From: a virus
Taxonomy: Duplodnaviria > Caudoviricetes
IMG/VR virus record: IMGVR_UViG_3300032095_000033
Coordinates: 1 to 59,644 of that record
Length of the DNA: 59,644 nt
Direction: 5' to 3' (one strand)
Below, in pieces: positions 16,505-24,972 of this stretch. The position numbers and the translations under genes are program-made. The first letter of the stretch is position 1; the number at the start of each line of letters is the position of its first letter. Below the pieces are notes generated by a model, which did no database searches, was not told the DNA's origin, and worked only from the letters and a program-made list of their open reading frames with translations.

Positions 16505-18192
16505 TCGGCCGCGCCATACTGGCGCTGATCGCTGCGTCGCTTGCTCTGGTCAGTCCGGCGCTATCCCAGTCTGTCGGTTCGGCCCCGCCCGTTGCGTTCG
16601 GCGCTGGGCAGCCTGTGGGTACGCCCGTTGCGCCCGCATGGTCTTTCGGAGCGTCCAGTTTCCGCACGGCCGGCGCAGACCTGTATCGGATGCAGGCGTC
16701 GGACGCGAACCGGCTGACCGAGCTGTCAGACCTGTACCTGCCGCCCCAGCCTGCAGGCTGGCGGGTGGTGTTCACCAACTTCGGCCTCGACCCGAACAAC
16801 CGACCAGCCGGGACCGCGCGCGAGCAGAAGCCCGGCAACACCAACACGCTGGACTATGTGGTCGCGTTCACGGCGGTGAACGGCGGCGGGACGCGCGTGG
16901 CGCTGACGTTCGGCGGGGCGGGCTCGACGGTCATGGCGGACGGCGGCTTCGCGATCACCGACGCGGTCCCGACCGCCTGGCCGGGAGGGTTCCTACGCAC
17001 TTCGATCAGCACCGCCATGGGCGCGGCGCGTCCGCGGGGCTTCACCAGCATGGGCCAGCTCGGCGAGGTGCGTCGTCACCTGGCCGCCCCGAATGCGACC
17101 TATGCCAATGGCGGGTCGATCACCAGCGTCGGCCTGACCGCCAACACGACGAACGGCTATTCGCCGGTCGCGGTGCTCGTCCCGTGGTCGCGTCAGCCGT
17201 CCGTCCTCGAGCTGGGTGACAGCATCACCCAGCAGGATGACCTTCCGCAACTGGCCAGTGCGCGGGGCGTGGTGGGAGGCATCACGCGCGGGCTGGACGA
17301 TGACGGGCCCACCGGGCGATTCGGCGTCGGAAATTTCGGGCATCATGGCGCGCAGATGATCGATCTGATGGACCTGTCCGATGGCCGTTTCGGGCTGCGC
17401 TATCGGTTGCTTGCCTATGTCCGCGACACCCTGAACGGCGGTCAGGTGTGGCCTTTTTCGGTGATTTGGAGCCAAGGCCTGCGCAACGACTATTCCGCCA
17501 TGGGCTATGCCCAGACCGACACCGTGGCGTCGGTGACGGCGGATATGCAGGCGCGCGCGACGGCGTGGTGGGGGTTCCTGGCCAAGACTTTTCCGGGTGT
17601 CCCGATCGTACAATCGACCATCACCCCGCGCACGGTGGACACCACGATGGCGCGAACGTCGCTGGCGTCACAGAGCGGCAATGGCCTGGGCAGTTCGCAA
17701 CCGCTCCAGGCGGTGAACGACTGGATTATGGGGCGGCCGGGACCGCTGGCGTTGGTGGTCGATATCCGGGCGGCGTATCAGGCTCCCGACGACGGCAGTG
17801 GTATCCCGAAGTGGAAGCTGACCCCGCTGGCTGCGGCTGGCGGCGGAACGCTGTCGACGGCGCTAACGGTCGGCACCGATATCAGCAACACCGGGGTAAA
17901 GCTCGCAGCGTCGGTATCGCCGCAGACCGGCAACTATCTGGTGTTCGAGCCGGGCACCGCGAATATGGAGGTGGGGCCGCAAATCGGCACGTCGATCGTC
18001 AACAATGGCGATGGGACCTACACGGTCAAAGCGCTGTCCTATTATGCGATCAAGCGGGCCCATGCGGTCGGGACCGTCGTATCCTCCAGCAATAGCGGGG
18101 ACGGGACGCATCCGGGTTCCGGCGCGCAGCAGGCGGCCGCTGTCCCGGTGATTGCCGCCAAGCCGTTGATTGCGAATCTGGCCAACCGGTAA
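16501..18192 (+). CDS. Secreted SGNH/GDSL-like hydrolase
   Basis: Signal ending SPALS-Q; LGDSITQ, GNFGHHG, GLRND and DGTHP correspond to SGNH blocks I/II/III/V. Confidence 0.7.
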   Translation: MIGRAILALIAASLALVSPALSQSVGSAPPVAFGAGQPVGTPVAPAWSFGASSFRTAGADLYRMQASDANRLTELSDLYLPPQPAGWRVVFTNFGLDPNNRPAGTAREQKPGNTNTLDYVVAFTAVNGGGTRVALTFGGAGSTVMADGGFAITDAVPTAWPGGFLRTSISTAMGAARPRGFTSMGQLGEVRRHLAAPNATYANGGSITSVGLTANTTNGYSPVAVLVPWSRQPSVLELGDSITQQDDLPQLASARGVVGGITRGLDDDGPTGRFGVGNFGHHGAQMIDLMDLSDGRFGLRYRLLAYVRDTLNGGQVWPFSVIWSQGLRNDYSAMGYAQTDTVASVTADMQARATAWWGFLAKTFPGVPIVQSTITPRTVDTTMARTSLASQSGNGLGSSQPLQAVNDWIMGRPGPLALVVDIRAAYQAPDDGSGIPKWKLTPLAAAGGGTLSTALTVGTDISNTGVKLAASVSPQTGNYLVFEPGTANMEVGPQIGTSIVNNGDGTYTVKALSYYAIKRAHAVGTVVSSSNSGDGTHPGSGAQQAAAVPVIAAKPLIANLANR

Positions 18193-18217
18193 CACGCGGC
18201 GCGGTCGACGCTTCGGC

Positions 18218-18439
18218 CTAGCTGGTGTGGCGGGTCGACCAGTCCGGCACGACCATGCGCGCCCGCTTCCCGCATTTCGTGCAGAGGAAGTGTCGCTTTA
18301 GGCCCGGCACCTTGCGAGTGTCGGGCCAGCGATCGGCGTTCACCGAGGCGCTATGACCACATGCGCACCAGACCAGCACGCACCGGACGCCATTCTCCCG
18401 CATGTTCGCAAGGCTCATCCAGTCGGGATCGTCCTTCAC
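18218..18439 (-). CDS. Small Zn-ribbon protein
   Basis: SLANMRENGVR..WCACGH...CTKCG..VPDW. Confidence 0.7.
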   Translation of the reverse strand: MKDDPDWMSLANMRENGVRCVLVWCACGHSASVNADRWPDTRKVPGLKRHFLCTKCGKRARMVVPDWSTRHTS

Positions 18440-18765
18440 CGCCAGCGCCTCCGGCGTCGTGGCGCGCTCTGCTCTGCTAACAGGCGCTTCACATAGTCGG
18501 TGTCGGATATCTGGGGAAATTCATCCATCGTCCGATAGATGCGCCCGCCCCGATGCCCGCACCCTTCGCCTTCGCCTTTGCAGACGACGCGATCCTGTAA
18601 ATCGTCGATCACCGTTTCGCGGTGGATGCGTCGCGGGTTGTCGAAGTCATACAACAGGGTGGAGGCCCGAACGCGGCGGACGCGGTAGCAGCGAAGGCAG
18701 ATGATGATGAAAGTCACCCCAAGCCCGCTGGCATCGTTGATCGTGTCGCACCGTTTGTAAGCCAT
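18436..18765 (-). CDS. Small Cys-rich (Zn-binding) protein
   Basis: CLRC...CKGEGEGCG; overlaps the downstream Zn-ribbon gene by 4 nt. Confidence 0.65.
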   Translation of the reverse strand: MAYKRCDTINDASGLGVTFIIICLRCYRVRRVRASTLLYDFDNPRRIHRETVIDDLQDRVVCKGEGEGCGHRGGRIYRTMDEFPQISDTDYVKRLLAEQSAPRRRRRWR

Positions 18766-18775
18766 GCGCGCATGA

Positions 18776-18790
18776 GAACGCATGGAGAAC
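18776..18790 (-). promoter_or_regulatory. Alphaproteobacterial LexA (SOS) box
   Basis: GTTCTCCATGCGTTC = GTTC-N7-GTTC, 10 nt upstream of the ATG at 18765. Confidence 0.65.
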
Positions 18791-18798
18791 AGATTCGG

Positions 18799-19047
18799 TC
18801 AAGCCTGCGGTGGCGTCCAAGGATCGCGAGCGCCCAAAAGTCGCTCATCCATCCGGAGCCGCATAGCGACAGCGAGCCGCACGTCTTCGGGTAGAACCCT
18901 GGGCGATCCCCGCTCGACGAATTGCTGGATATAGGCTGCATTGCGTCCGGCCGCGCGGGACAGGTCCGCAAGGCTGATGCCCAATTCGTCGGCGCGCTTC
19001 GATAAATTGCGGCGAACTTGGCATACCTGATCCGTGGTCAACGCCAC
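18799..19047 (-). CDS. Stand-alone HTH resembling the N-domain of alphaproteobacterial S24-peptidase repressors (start uncertain)
   Basis: LSRAAGRNAAYIQQFVERGSPRVLPEDVR; no peptidase domain follows. Confidence 0.65.
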   Translation of the reverse strand: MALTTDQVCQVRRNLSKRADELGISLADLSRAAGRNAAYIQQFVERGSPRVLPEDVRLAVAMRLRMDERLLGARDPWTPPQA

Positions 19048-19262
19048 AGAGCGGATGCATACGAAAATGCTGCCCAAGTCATGCTGGTCAATCCCGCCGC
19101 GAACAACAGTCCCGTGGCGATCAGGTATGACCATTCTCCGACGCGACGCCATCCGCGTGGGGCCGGTTCGGATTTCTCACGTAAAGGGAATGGCGGGCCT
19201 CTACGGCGACGTGGTGGGCGCATGGCCTAAGCATGGGACCAGTCACAAAAAGCGCAAGAAAC

Positions 19263-19467
19263 GTTTTGCACCCGATTTGTAAGCTATTGGGCTGAAACGA
19301 TAGTTTCTTAGGGTGTTTTGCACGGAAACCCGCAGAAAACCGTGCATTGCGATAGCTTGGAAGGCTGCTGCACTACCATTGTGCTATACCCGCAACACCG
19401 CAGAAAACCTAGGTTTTCTCGATCTTGGTTGCTGATATTCCAACGGTCTTTCCGTTGGAATTCCAAC
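19263..19467. repeat. att-region repeats (putative integrase arm / accessory sites)
   Basis: GTTTTGCAC x2 (19263, 19315); CCGCAGAAAACC x2 (19330, 19398); 18-bp palindrome 19402-19419; TTCCAAC x3 (19438-19467). Confidence 0.6.
19354..19393 (-). tRNA. 5' half of tRNA-Gly(TCC), truncated; probable att core
   Basis: GCGGGTATAGCACAATGGTAGTGCAGCAGCCTTCCAAGCT: acceptor 5' strand, D arm, TCC anticodon loop; no T arm or CCA follows. Confidence 0.85.
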
Positions 19468-19472
19468 ATGCC

Positions 19473-19503
19473 CGGGGCGGCTCTTAGCCAAAGGGCCGCC
19501 CCG
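19473..19503 (-). terminator. GC-rich hairpin after the int operon
   Basis: GGGGCGGCTCTT...AAGGGCCGCCCC; no clear U tract. Confidence 0.4.
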
Positions 19504-19512
19504 CTGCAAGCG

Positions 19513-19983
19513 TCAACGCAGGATTGCCCCTGCATCATCGGCGGCCTTCATTCCTGCTTCGATTGCCGCTGGATTGAGGTTTAGCTGTTCAAGGAAAAGA
19601 CGGAGACCTTGCGTATCCGGTTGCTCCCAGCGTGTGACGCGCCCAGCGGGATGAAGGATTGCATATTCGTTGACGACGTCGTCTTCCTCACCATCGCTCG
19701 TGACAGGCACGGGCGGTCCACCGCTACCAACCATCCACGCAATGACAGGTGTCACCCATACGCCGGTTGGCACTCCGCCTTTGTCTTCTATTCCGATATA
19801 AAATGTTCCAGGCCGCGCCTGAATAGGTGTGAAATGTGCGCGCCGAATCCGCACTTCATATGATGCTGGAAAGCTAACCCGGCCCTCCTCTTTGAGCACA
19901 GCAATAACTTTGTTGCCCTCGATCCAATACCTATCGATCGCGGAGATATGGTAGGTGACGTTGTTATCAGCCATGAGAAACAT
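19513..19983 (-). CDS. Hypothetical protein (lower-GC moron downstream of int)
   Basis: GGAG RBS, 156 aa, starts 14 nt after the int stop. Confidence 0.7.
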   Translation of the reverse strand: MFLMADNNVTYHISAIDRYWIEGNKVIAVLKEEGRVSFPASYEVRIRRAHFTPIQARPGTFYIGIEDKGGVPTGVWVTPVIAWMVGSGGPPVPVTSDGEEDDVVNEYAILHPAGRVTRWEQPDTQGLRLFLEQLNLNPAAIEAGMKAADDAGAILR

Positions 19984-19997
19984 GACATTCTCCGTTG

Positions 19998-21272
19998 TTA
20001 AGCGCTCTTGGTTTCGCGGCCCAGCTGCTTGGGCGCGCGTTCGTGGGTCAGGTCGACCGCCAGCATCGCCATGCCGGTGGTGCGGGGCAGGTAGGTCTCC
20101 AGGATCTTCTTCACCGTTTCGAGCTGGTGGCCGGTGATCGCCGATATCAGGTGATCGGGCAGGCCGCGCTGTCCCATGATGACGACGCATGTCCGGCGGA
20201 AGTCGCGGAACTGCAGGTCCTCGATTTCGCGAGCGAGCTGGGTGTCGCCAGCCTTCGACGTCACGTCGACCGCCTTGGCGCGGATCGCGCTGAACGACCG
20301 CTGGAAATACATCTGGCGCGTGGTCCGCTCCTTGCGATCGGCGGCCGTCCAGGTCTGGTCGCGGCCTTCGTCGAACAGGATCGTGGTGAGGCCCTTGGCC
20401 TTGGCGGCCGCGATGGCGACCTCCATCTTTTCGCGGGCGTCCATCGTGACGGGGACGCCGACCCACAGGTTCGTCTTGCCCTGGCGCAGGCGGATACCCA
20501 TCACACGGCCGTCCTTTTCTCGGGCGGCCATGCGCGCATAGACGGCGGGATCGTCCGCCTCATAGGGCTGGATTTCGTCATAGCGGCTCTGCAGCAGCTT
20601 CAGCAGATCCTCTTCGCGTTGCCCGATGGTCCAGGCCATGATCATCGCCGCGGCCATGTTGGGGCGATCGAGCGCGATCGCGGCGTCGACCAGCGCCTGG
20701 CGCGCCAGCGCGCTGGCGAATTGCTGGCGTGGCGCGGGGGCGGACAGGTCGAGATCCTTGGCGGCCGGATTGCTGGTGATATGCTCGTTGTTCAGCGCCC
20801 AGGACCAGAGGGCGCGCAGCACCTTCAGCGTGTTGTAGGCCGAGGTGGCGCGCACGACGCCTTTGCGGGGCGCGTGGAGCGCGTCACGGAAAGCCTTGAT
20901 ATTGTCCAGCGAGATGGCGTCCATGCGCTCCTTGCCCGCCCAGCGGGAAATGACGCCCAGTTTCGAGGCATACTCGACCTGGGTCTTTTCGCTCAGCTTG
21001 GGGAAGCGGCTGGTGCGGAACTCGGCAATGACGGCATCGACGGTGTGGCGCTTCTCGATCCGCTTGACGTCGCGGGGAGAGGCGGTGCCGTCGCGCCAGG
21101 CAGCAATTTCCGCGTTGCGCGCGCGGGCGGCCTTGATCGCGGCATCCTCATCCTGGCCCAGCTTGAGCGGCTTCCAGCCCGCCTTTTTCAGGGTGGCGGA
21201 CGGTTCCCAATAATAGCGGACGCCGCCAGCGGTGTTCTTGATGCGGAAACACGGGATCGAAATCTTCGCCAT
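19998..21272 (-). CDS. int: Tyrosine recombinase / integrase
   Basis: GQREEDLL (R), QGKT (K), FRDFRRT, ITGH, ETY catalytic pattern; transcribed toward the att site. Confidence 0.9.
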   Translation of the reverse strand: MAKISIPCFRIKNTAGGVRYYWEPSATLKKAGWKPLKLGQDEDAAIKAARARNAEIAAWRDGTASPRDVKRIEKRHTVDAVIAEFRTSRFPKLSEKTQVEYASKLGVISRWAGKERMDAISLDNIKAFRDALHAPRKGVVRATSAYNTLKVLRALWSWALNNEHITSNPAAKDLDLSAPAPRQQFASALARQALVDAAIALDRPNMAAAMIMAWTIGQREEDLLKLLQSRYDEIQPYEADDPAVYARMAAREKDGRVMGIRLRQGKTNLWVGVPVTMDAREKMEVAIAAAKAKGLTTILFDEGRDQTWTAADRKERTTRQMYFQRSFSAIRAKAVDVTSKAGDTQLAREIEDLQFRDFRRTCVVIMGQRGLPDHLISAITGHQLETVKKILETYLPRTTGMAMLAVDLTHERAPKQLGRETKSA

Positions 21273-21321
21273 GGCGGGGGCTCCTGTGGCGGTGAGAGGG
21301 TGCGCGCCGGGTGGGGCGGCG

Positions 21322-21810
21322 TCAAGCGGCCTGGCGGTGTCGCTGGCGCTCGGCTTCGCGGTGGTCGGCCAGCGCGTCGCGCGCGGCGCGGGCTTCGGGC
21401 AGGCTGGGGGAGTGCCAAAGCACGTCGTGGGCGATTTCCAGCGTCAGCAGGCGGCGTTCCGCGTCATCGGCCGAGATGCGCCTGGCCTCAACCAGCTGGG
21501 GCCAGTGCTGGCGGCGCAGGGTGATTTCGCGACGCAGGCCGTGGATTATTTCCGACCAGGTGGCGATCGGGAAGCCAGGGGACCGTTCAAGCGCGCCCCA
21601 GTCTTCCGCAATGGCGCGGGCGATGCGCAGCTCGCGATCGGCGTCGATGCGCGACATGCGGCCTTTTGCGACGCGATCGGGGAAGGTGGTGAGGCGCGCG
21701 GCGTGCAGCTGGGCCGCCTCTGCCTTCATCGCCGACCAGAAACTGTCCGGTTGCAGCGCGCCAAGCGGCCGATCGTCGCGATAGAAGGCGAAATCGGGGG
21801 CGAAGGTCAT
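21322..21810 (-). CDS. Phage hypothetical protein with duplicated helical domain
   Basis: FPDRVAKGRMSRIDADRE and WPQLVEARRISADDAERR repeat. Confidence 0.6.
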   Translation of the reverse strand: MTFAPDFAFYRDDRPLGALQPDSFWSAMKAEAAQLHAARLTTFPDRVAKGRMSRIDADRELRIARAIAEDWGALERSPGFPIATWSEIIHGLRREITLRRQHWPQLVEARRISADDAERRLLTLEIAHDVLWHSPSLPEARAARDALADHREAERQRHRQAA

Positions 21811-21998
21811 GGCTCGTCCCGATCGTTCGGGTCGACGATGGTGCAGACCGCGACGGGTTCGCGCTCGATCGTGCAGGACAACGCGACACCGCATCCTTCG
21901 CAAGCTGTCACTTCGCCATGATGATCATGGAAACAGGAGGGGCAGGTCCATCTTTCCTCCCAAGGGCCGTTCTTCAGATAATCGCCGATGTCAGCCAT
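21807..21998 (-). CDS. Small Zn-finger protein
   Basis: CPSC and CEGC; coupled overlaps. Confidence 0.55.
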   Translation of the reverse strand: MADIGDYLKNGPWEERWTCPSCFHDHHGEVTACEGCGVALSCTIEREPVAVCTIVDPNDRDEP

Positions 21999-22413
21999 TC
22001 CGCCCCTCCCCGTGCGAGAGGGCGGCGAGAACGTTGCTGGCTTCTGAGCATCGATCGGCTAGGTTGCGAGCGTGCTGTGGCACGGGCAGCTTGTCCGCGT
22101 GACTTCGGAGGACTGCACCAGCATACCCGACAGCAGACGCAAGAGCCGCCACCTCCCCCGCCGGGACCGCATCGACAGCGGGCGCGGGGGTGGTGGGGCA
22201 ATTGCAAATCCTGATCGGGCAACGCGAATGCTCGCACCCCTCAAGATGCTCAACCTCCCCCGCATCGACCGCACGGCTGCCGAGGGCGGCGAGCTTCCCA
22301 TAGGCTTCGCACATTCGGAGATAGCCCATGCGATAATCGCCGTCGCGGACGGCGGCATGTGCCTGCTCGATAATCGCCTCGCGCACAGCATCCGACGTCT
22401 GTCGGGGGGTCAT
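21991..22413 (-). CDS. Hypothetical early protein (mosaic)
   Basis: Overlap-coupled in the leftward operon. Confidence 0.5.
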   Translation of the reverse strand: MTPRQTSDAVREAIIEQAHAAVRDGDYRMGYLRMCEAYGKLAALGSRAVDAGEVEHLEGCEHSRCPIRICNCPTTPAPAVDAVPAGEVAALASAVGYAGAVLRSHADKLPVPQHARNLADRCSEASNVLAALSHGEGRNG

Positions 22414-22712
22414 GCTGATTTCCTCACATGATGGGGAAGTTCTTCATGCGGGCAATCCTCGTACAGATTGCCGAACAGGGGCGCGCAGTAGTCCCGCCAG
22501 CCAGCGTTCAAGCGCGCCTGCTGATTGCGAAAAGCCACGCACGGCCAGCACCGCTTAAAGCTGAAACCTTGGTGGTCCCAGACGCCGCTGGTGAACTTGT
22601 AATAGTCCCCCTTCGCGATCGTCTGTCCGCATTCGTAACAGCGATGATCCTTGGCTGCGCGGCGATCCTGTTCGCGATAAGCCTGAGCGGCGTTGTCGTC
22701 ACAATCACACAT
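22410..22712 (-). CDS. Phage Zn-finger protein
   Basis: RRAAKDHRCYECGQTIAKGDYY...CWPC. Confidence 0.65.
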   Translation of the reverse strand: MCDCDDNAAQAYREQDRRAAKDHRCYECGQTIAKGDYYKFTSGVWDHQGFSFKRCWPCVAFRNQQARLNAGWRDYCAPLFGNLYEDCPHEELPHHVRKSA

Positions 22713-22713
22713 C

Positions 22714-23466
22714 CTACTTCCCCCCATCGCTGGCGTGAGAGGCGGGGGTGGCGGGCTCATTTTCGTACGGCACAGTAGCCGAGAACAGTTCCAGCGCCTT
22801 GTCGAGCGCGGTTTGCTCGTCGTTGGGCAGCATGCCGGTATCGAAGGCTTCTCGGGCAGCGATGATCAATGAAACGACGCTCTGAGGAAGCCCCTCCCCC
22901 TGGCGGATCGCGTCTGCGGAGAGGGTGGAGAGGATGGCGTTGGCTCGGGCAGCGTTGCGGCGCTGCTCGATCACCGGATATCCGTCCTCCCGATCCTGAA
23001 ACACAGCGGGCTCGAATCCATCCATGAAAAGCGTGTGCTCTTCGCCAGTTTCGTCCATCTTGGTCAGACGGTATGAATAGCCGAAATTGGCGTCGGCCTT
23101 CGTGATCGCTGCGATGATAGCGTCGCGGACAGAGGCGGGTGTCTTAGTGGTAGCAAGCGACTGTTCCGCGCCCTGAAGCTGCTCAAATTTGGCGAGCGGG
23201 ATCAGCACGTAGCCAGGATGGTGCGTCTCGCTGGTCATGAAGTCGTCGGAAATGCCTTGGACCGCGCTCTCCACCGCCTCCCGATCCATCGCGGGCGGGG
23301 CGGCGCGGGATAGGTCGCGAGCGATCCGATACAGGCGGTCGGTGTCACCTTGATCAAAGCCCATCTTAGGGGAGGCAAAGCGCCATACGCGAGCCGCCAC
23401 GTCGTGCAGGAACTCGCTATCAGTCTGCGTCACGGACTTCGCGCTGTCGGGTATTTGGTCAGCCAT
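22714..23466 (-). CDS. Hypothetical early protein (mosaic, Ead/Ea22-like architecture)
   Basis: 250 aa ORF abutting both neighbours. Confidence 0.55.
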   Translation of the reverse strand: MADQIPDSAKSVTQTDSEFLHDVAARVWRFASPKMGFDQGDTDRLYRIARDLSRAAPPAMDREAVESAVQGISDDFMTSETHHPGYVLIPLAKFEQLQGAEQSLATTKTPASVRDAIIAAITKADANFGYSYRLTKMDETGEEHTLFMDGFEPAVFQDREDGYPVIEQRRNAARANAILSTLSADAIRQGEGLPQSVVSLIIAAREAFDTGMLPNDEQTALDKALELFSATVPYENEPATPASHASDGGK

Positions 23467-23467
23467 C

Positions 23468-23707
23468 CTAATCGACCTTTCGATAGATGATGGTGCCCCG
23501 GTCCTGGGGCAGGTAGCTGCGCTGGAATTTCAGGCGGCGCAGCAGGCGTGAGACAATCATGCCGTCGACGGTGATGCCGGGCGGGGTGACGGGCTTCAGG
23601 ACCTCGATCGCTTTTTCCAGGGCGATGCTGGTGAGGCCGCCTTCATCGAGATAGCCTCCGAGGAAGGCGCGCATGGCCTGCAGGGTGCCGGGCGATGGGT
23701 GGGTCAT
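23468..23707 (-). CDS. Hypothetical protein
   Basis: ATGA coupling, high GC3. Confidence 0.55.
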   Translation of the reverse strand: MTHPSPGTLQAMRAFLGGYLDEGGLTSIALEKAIEVLKPVTPPGITVDGMIVSRLLRRLKFQRSYLPQDRGTIIYRKVD

Positions 23708-23991
23708 CGCGTCCGGCTCCCATAGCTGCCGTAGCGCATGGCGATCAGCGCCTTGGCGACCAGGCTCCAGACGTGATCGCGCAGTCGCGGGTGGGACAGC
23801 ACCTGGGCTTCGCGGGACAGCGTGTTCGCCAGCATCGCCTTGTGCAGGGCCTCCGCCGATCGGCCGCGCATCGTGCGGACGCGGTAATCGCCCGACTGTG
23901 CGGTGCCCCCGATATTGTCGATCGTCATCCGGGCGATTTCGGTGACGTTGCCGGTGACGGCCGACCACAGTTCGACGCGGACGACGATCAT
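23704..23991 (-). CDS. Hypothetical phage protein
   Basis: MIVVRVELWSA...HPRLRDHVWSLVAKAL; coupled. Confidence 0.65.
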   Translation of the reverse strand: MIVVRVELWSAVTGNVTEIARMTIDNIGGTAQSGDYRVRTMRGRSAEALHKAMLANTLSREAQVLSHPRLRDHVWSLVAKALIAMRYGSYGSRTR

Positions 23992-24572
23992 GACTCGGCT
24001 CCCCCGGACATAAAGCTGCGAACCGTCGACGCCAGCTCGCGCGCGGTGCTGTCCGCACGCGATTGATCTACGCTGGCGAATGCGTCGTCACGGCCCTGCT
24101 CGTCGGGCCAGCCGAACGCGATAGAGACGTCGGCGCCTGCATATGCTTCCCCCCGGAAAAGCAAGCGGAAGGGCGCATCGGGATGTTCATCATCATCGAA
24201 CTCATGCGTTACCAACAACTGACCGTTTGGCGTGTTGAACAGCTTCGCAAAGGCAGTAGGAGCGCTGATCGCCTCGACCGGCTGGGCTTCGCAAAGCCCG
24301 TGCTTGAACGGTTCGCGGCTCCAGTGGCGGATATGCTGACCGTCGTCCGACCAGCGGACATAGATGCGATCGATGCCAGCGCTGGTATGCAAGGCGCGTC
24401 GCTCTGCTTCGATCCGATGCCGAGCAAAAGCCTGCTCGATCGTATCGCGATTGTCGCCGAGCGTTTTGTCGCCAGCGATGATCCGCGCGAGCTGAATGTC
24501 ATGAAACCGGGTCACGGCCGCGCGGTCCAGGTCGTTGACATCAGCCTGGGTGATGGGAACAGCATCACCCAT
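23988..24572 (-). CDS. Hypothetical protein
   Basis: GGAGG RBS, coupled overlaps. Confidence 0.55.
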   Translation of the reverse strand: MGDAVPITQADVNDLDRAAVTRFHDIQLARIIAGDKTLGDNRDTIEQAFARHRIEAERRALHTSAGIDRIYVRWSDDGQHIRHWSREPFKHGLCEAQPVEAISAPTAFAKLFNTPNGQLLVTHEFDDDEHPDAPFRLLFRGEAYAGADVSIAFGWPDEQGRDDAFASVDQSRADSTARELASTVRSFMSGGAES

Positions 24573-24972
24573 GGTCCGCCTCCGTCGTCGCGGGGGCGTG
24601 GTCCAGCCAGTCGATCGCGGCCCAGATCAGGGCGGCGGCTTTGACCAGGTTCGCGCGCGGGTCCTCTGGCTTCCAGAACTGTTCGTCCCAGGGCCAGGTC
24701 ATCGGATCCGGGCGGGTGACGTCGCGTGCCGCCTCCGTGATGCCGGTCATCTGGTTGATGACGGCGTTCAGGTAACTGGCGGCGGCCAGGGGCAGGTCGG
24801 GCGCTTCGTTGGTCTGCTGGTCACGGATGACGTCGCGGCCGTGCCGATCGACCTGCTTCATCCGTTCCGCGACGATCGCGCGCAGCGCTTCGCCGGTCAG
24901 GACCTGTGCGGCCGCGATCGAGGCGGCTTGCCCGACGGGCGCGTCGAGCGATATGTGGAGCGAGGCGACCAT
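24565..24972 (-). CDS. Conserved phage protein (AER-Q...WPW...LVKAAAL family, possibly MazG-like fold)
   Basis: AERMKQ, WPWDEQFWKP, NLVKAAALIWAAIDWLD. Confidence 0.65.
   Translation of the reverse strand: MVASLHISLDAPVGQAASIAAAQVLTGEALRAIVAERMKQVDRHGRDVIRDQQTNEAPDLPLAAASYLNAVINQMTGITEAARDVTRPDPMTWPWDEQFWKPEDPRANLVKAAALIWAAIDWLDHAPATTEADHG

Larger units (their letters stand above)
1..19353 (+). mobile_element. Defective lambda-like (siphovirus-type) prophage, right portion
   Basis: TerS-GpA-gpW-lambda portal, tail tip, fibre and lysis genes in canonical order; no capsid, tail tube or full tape measure; ends at tRNA-Gly fragment. Confidence 0.85.

Noticed and set aside
19354-19393. Functional tRNA-Gly
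   Set aside because: No 3' anticodon stem completion, T arm or acceptor 3' strand follows
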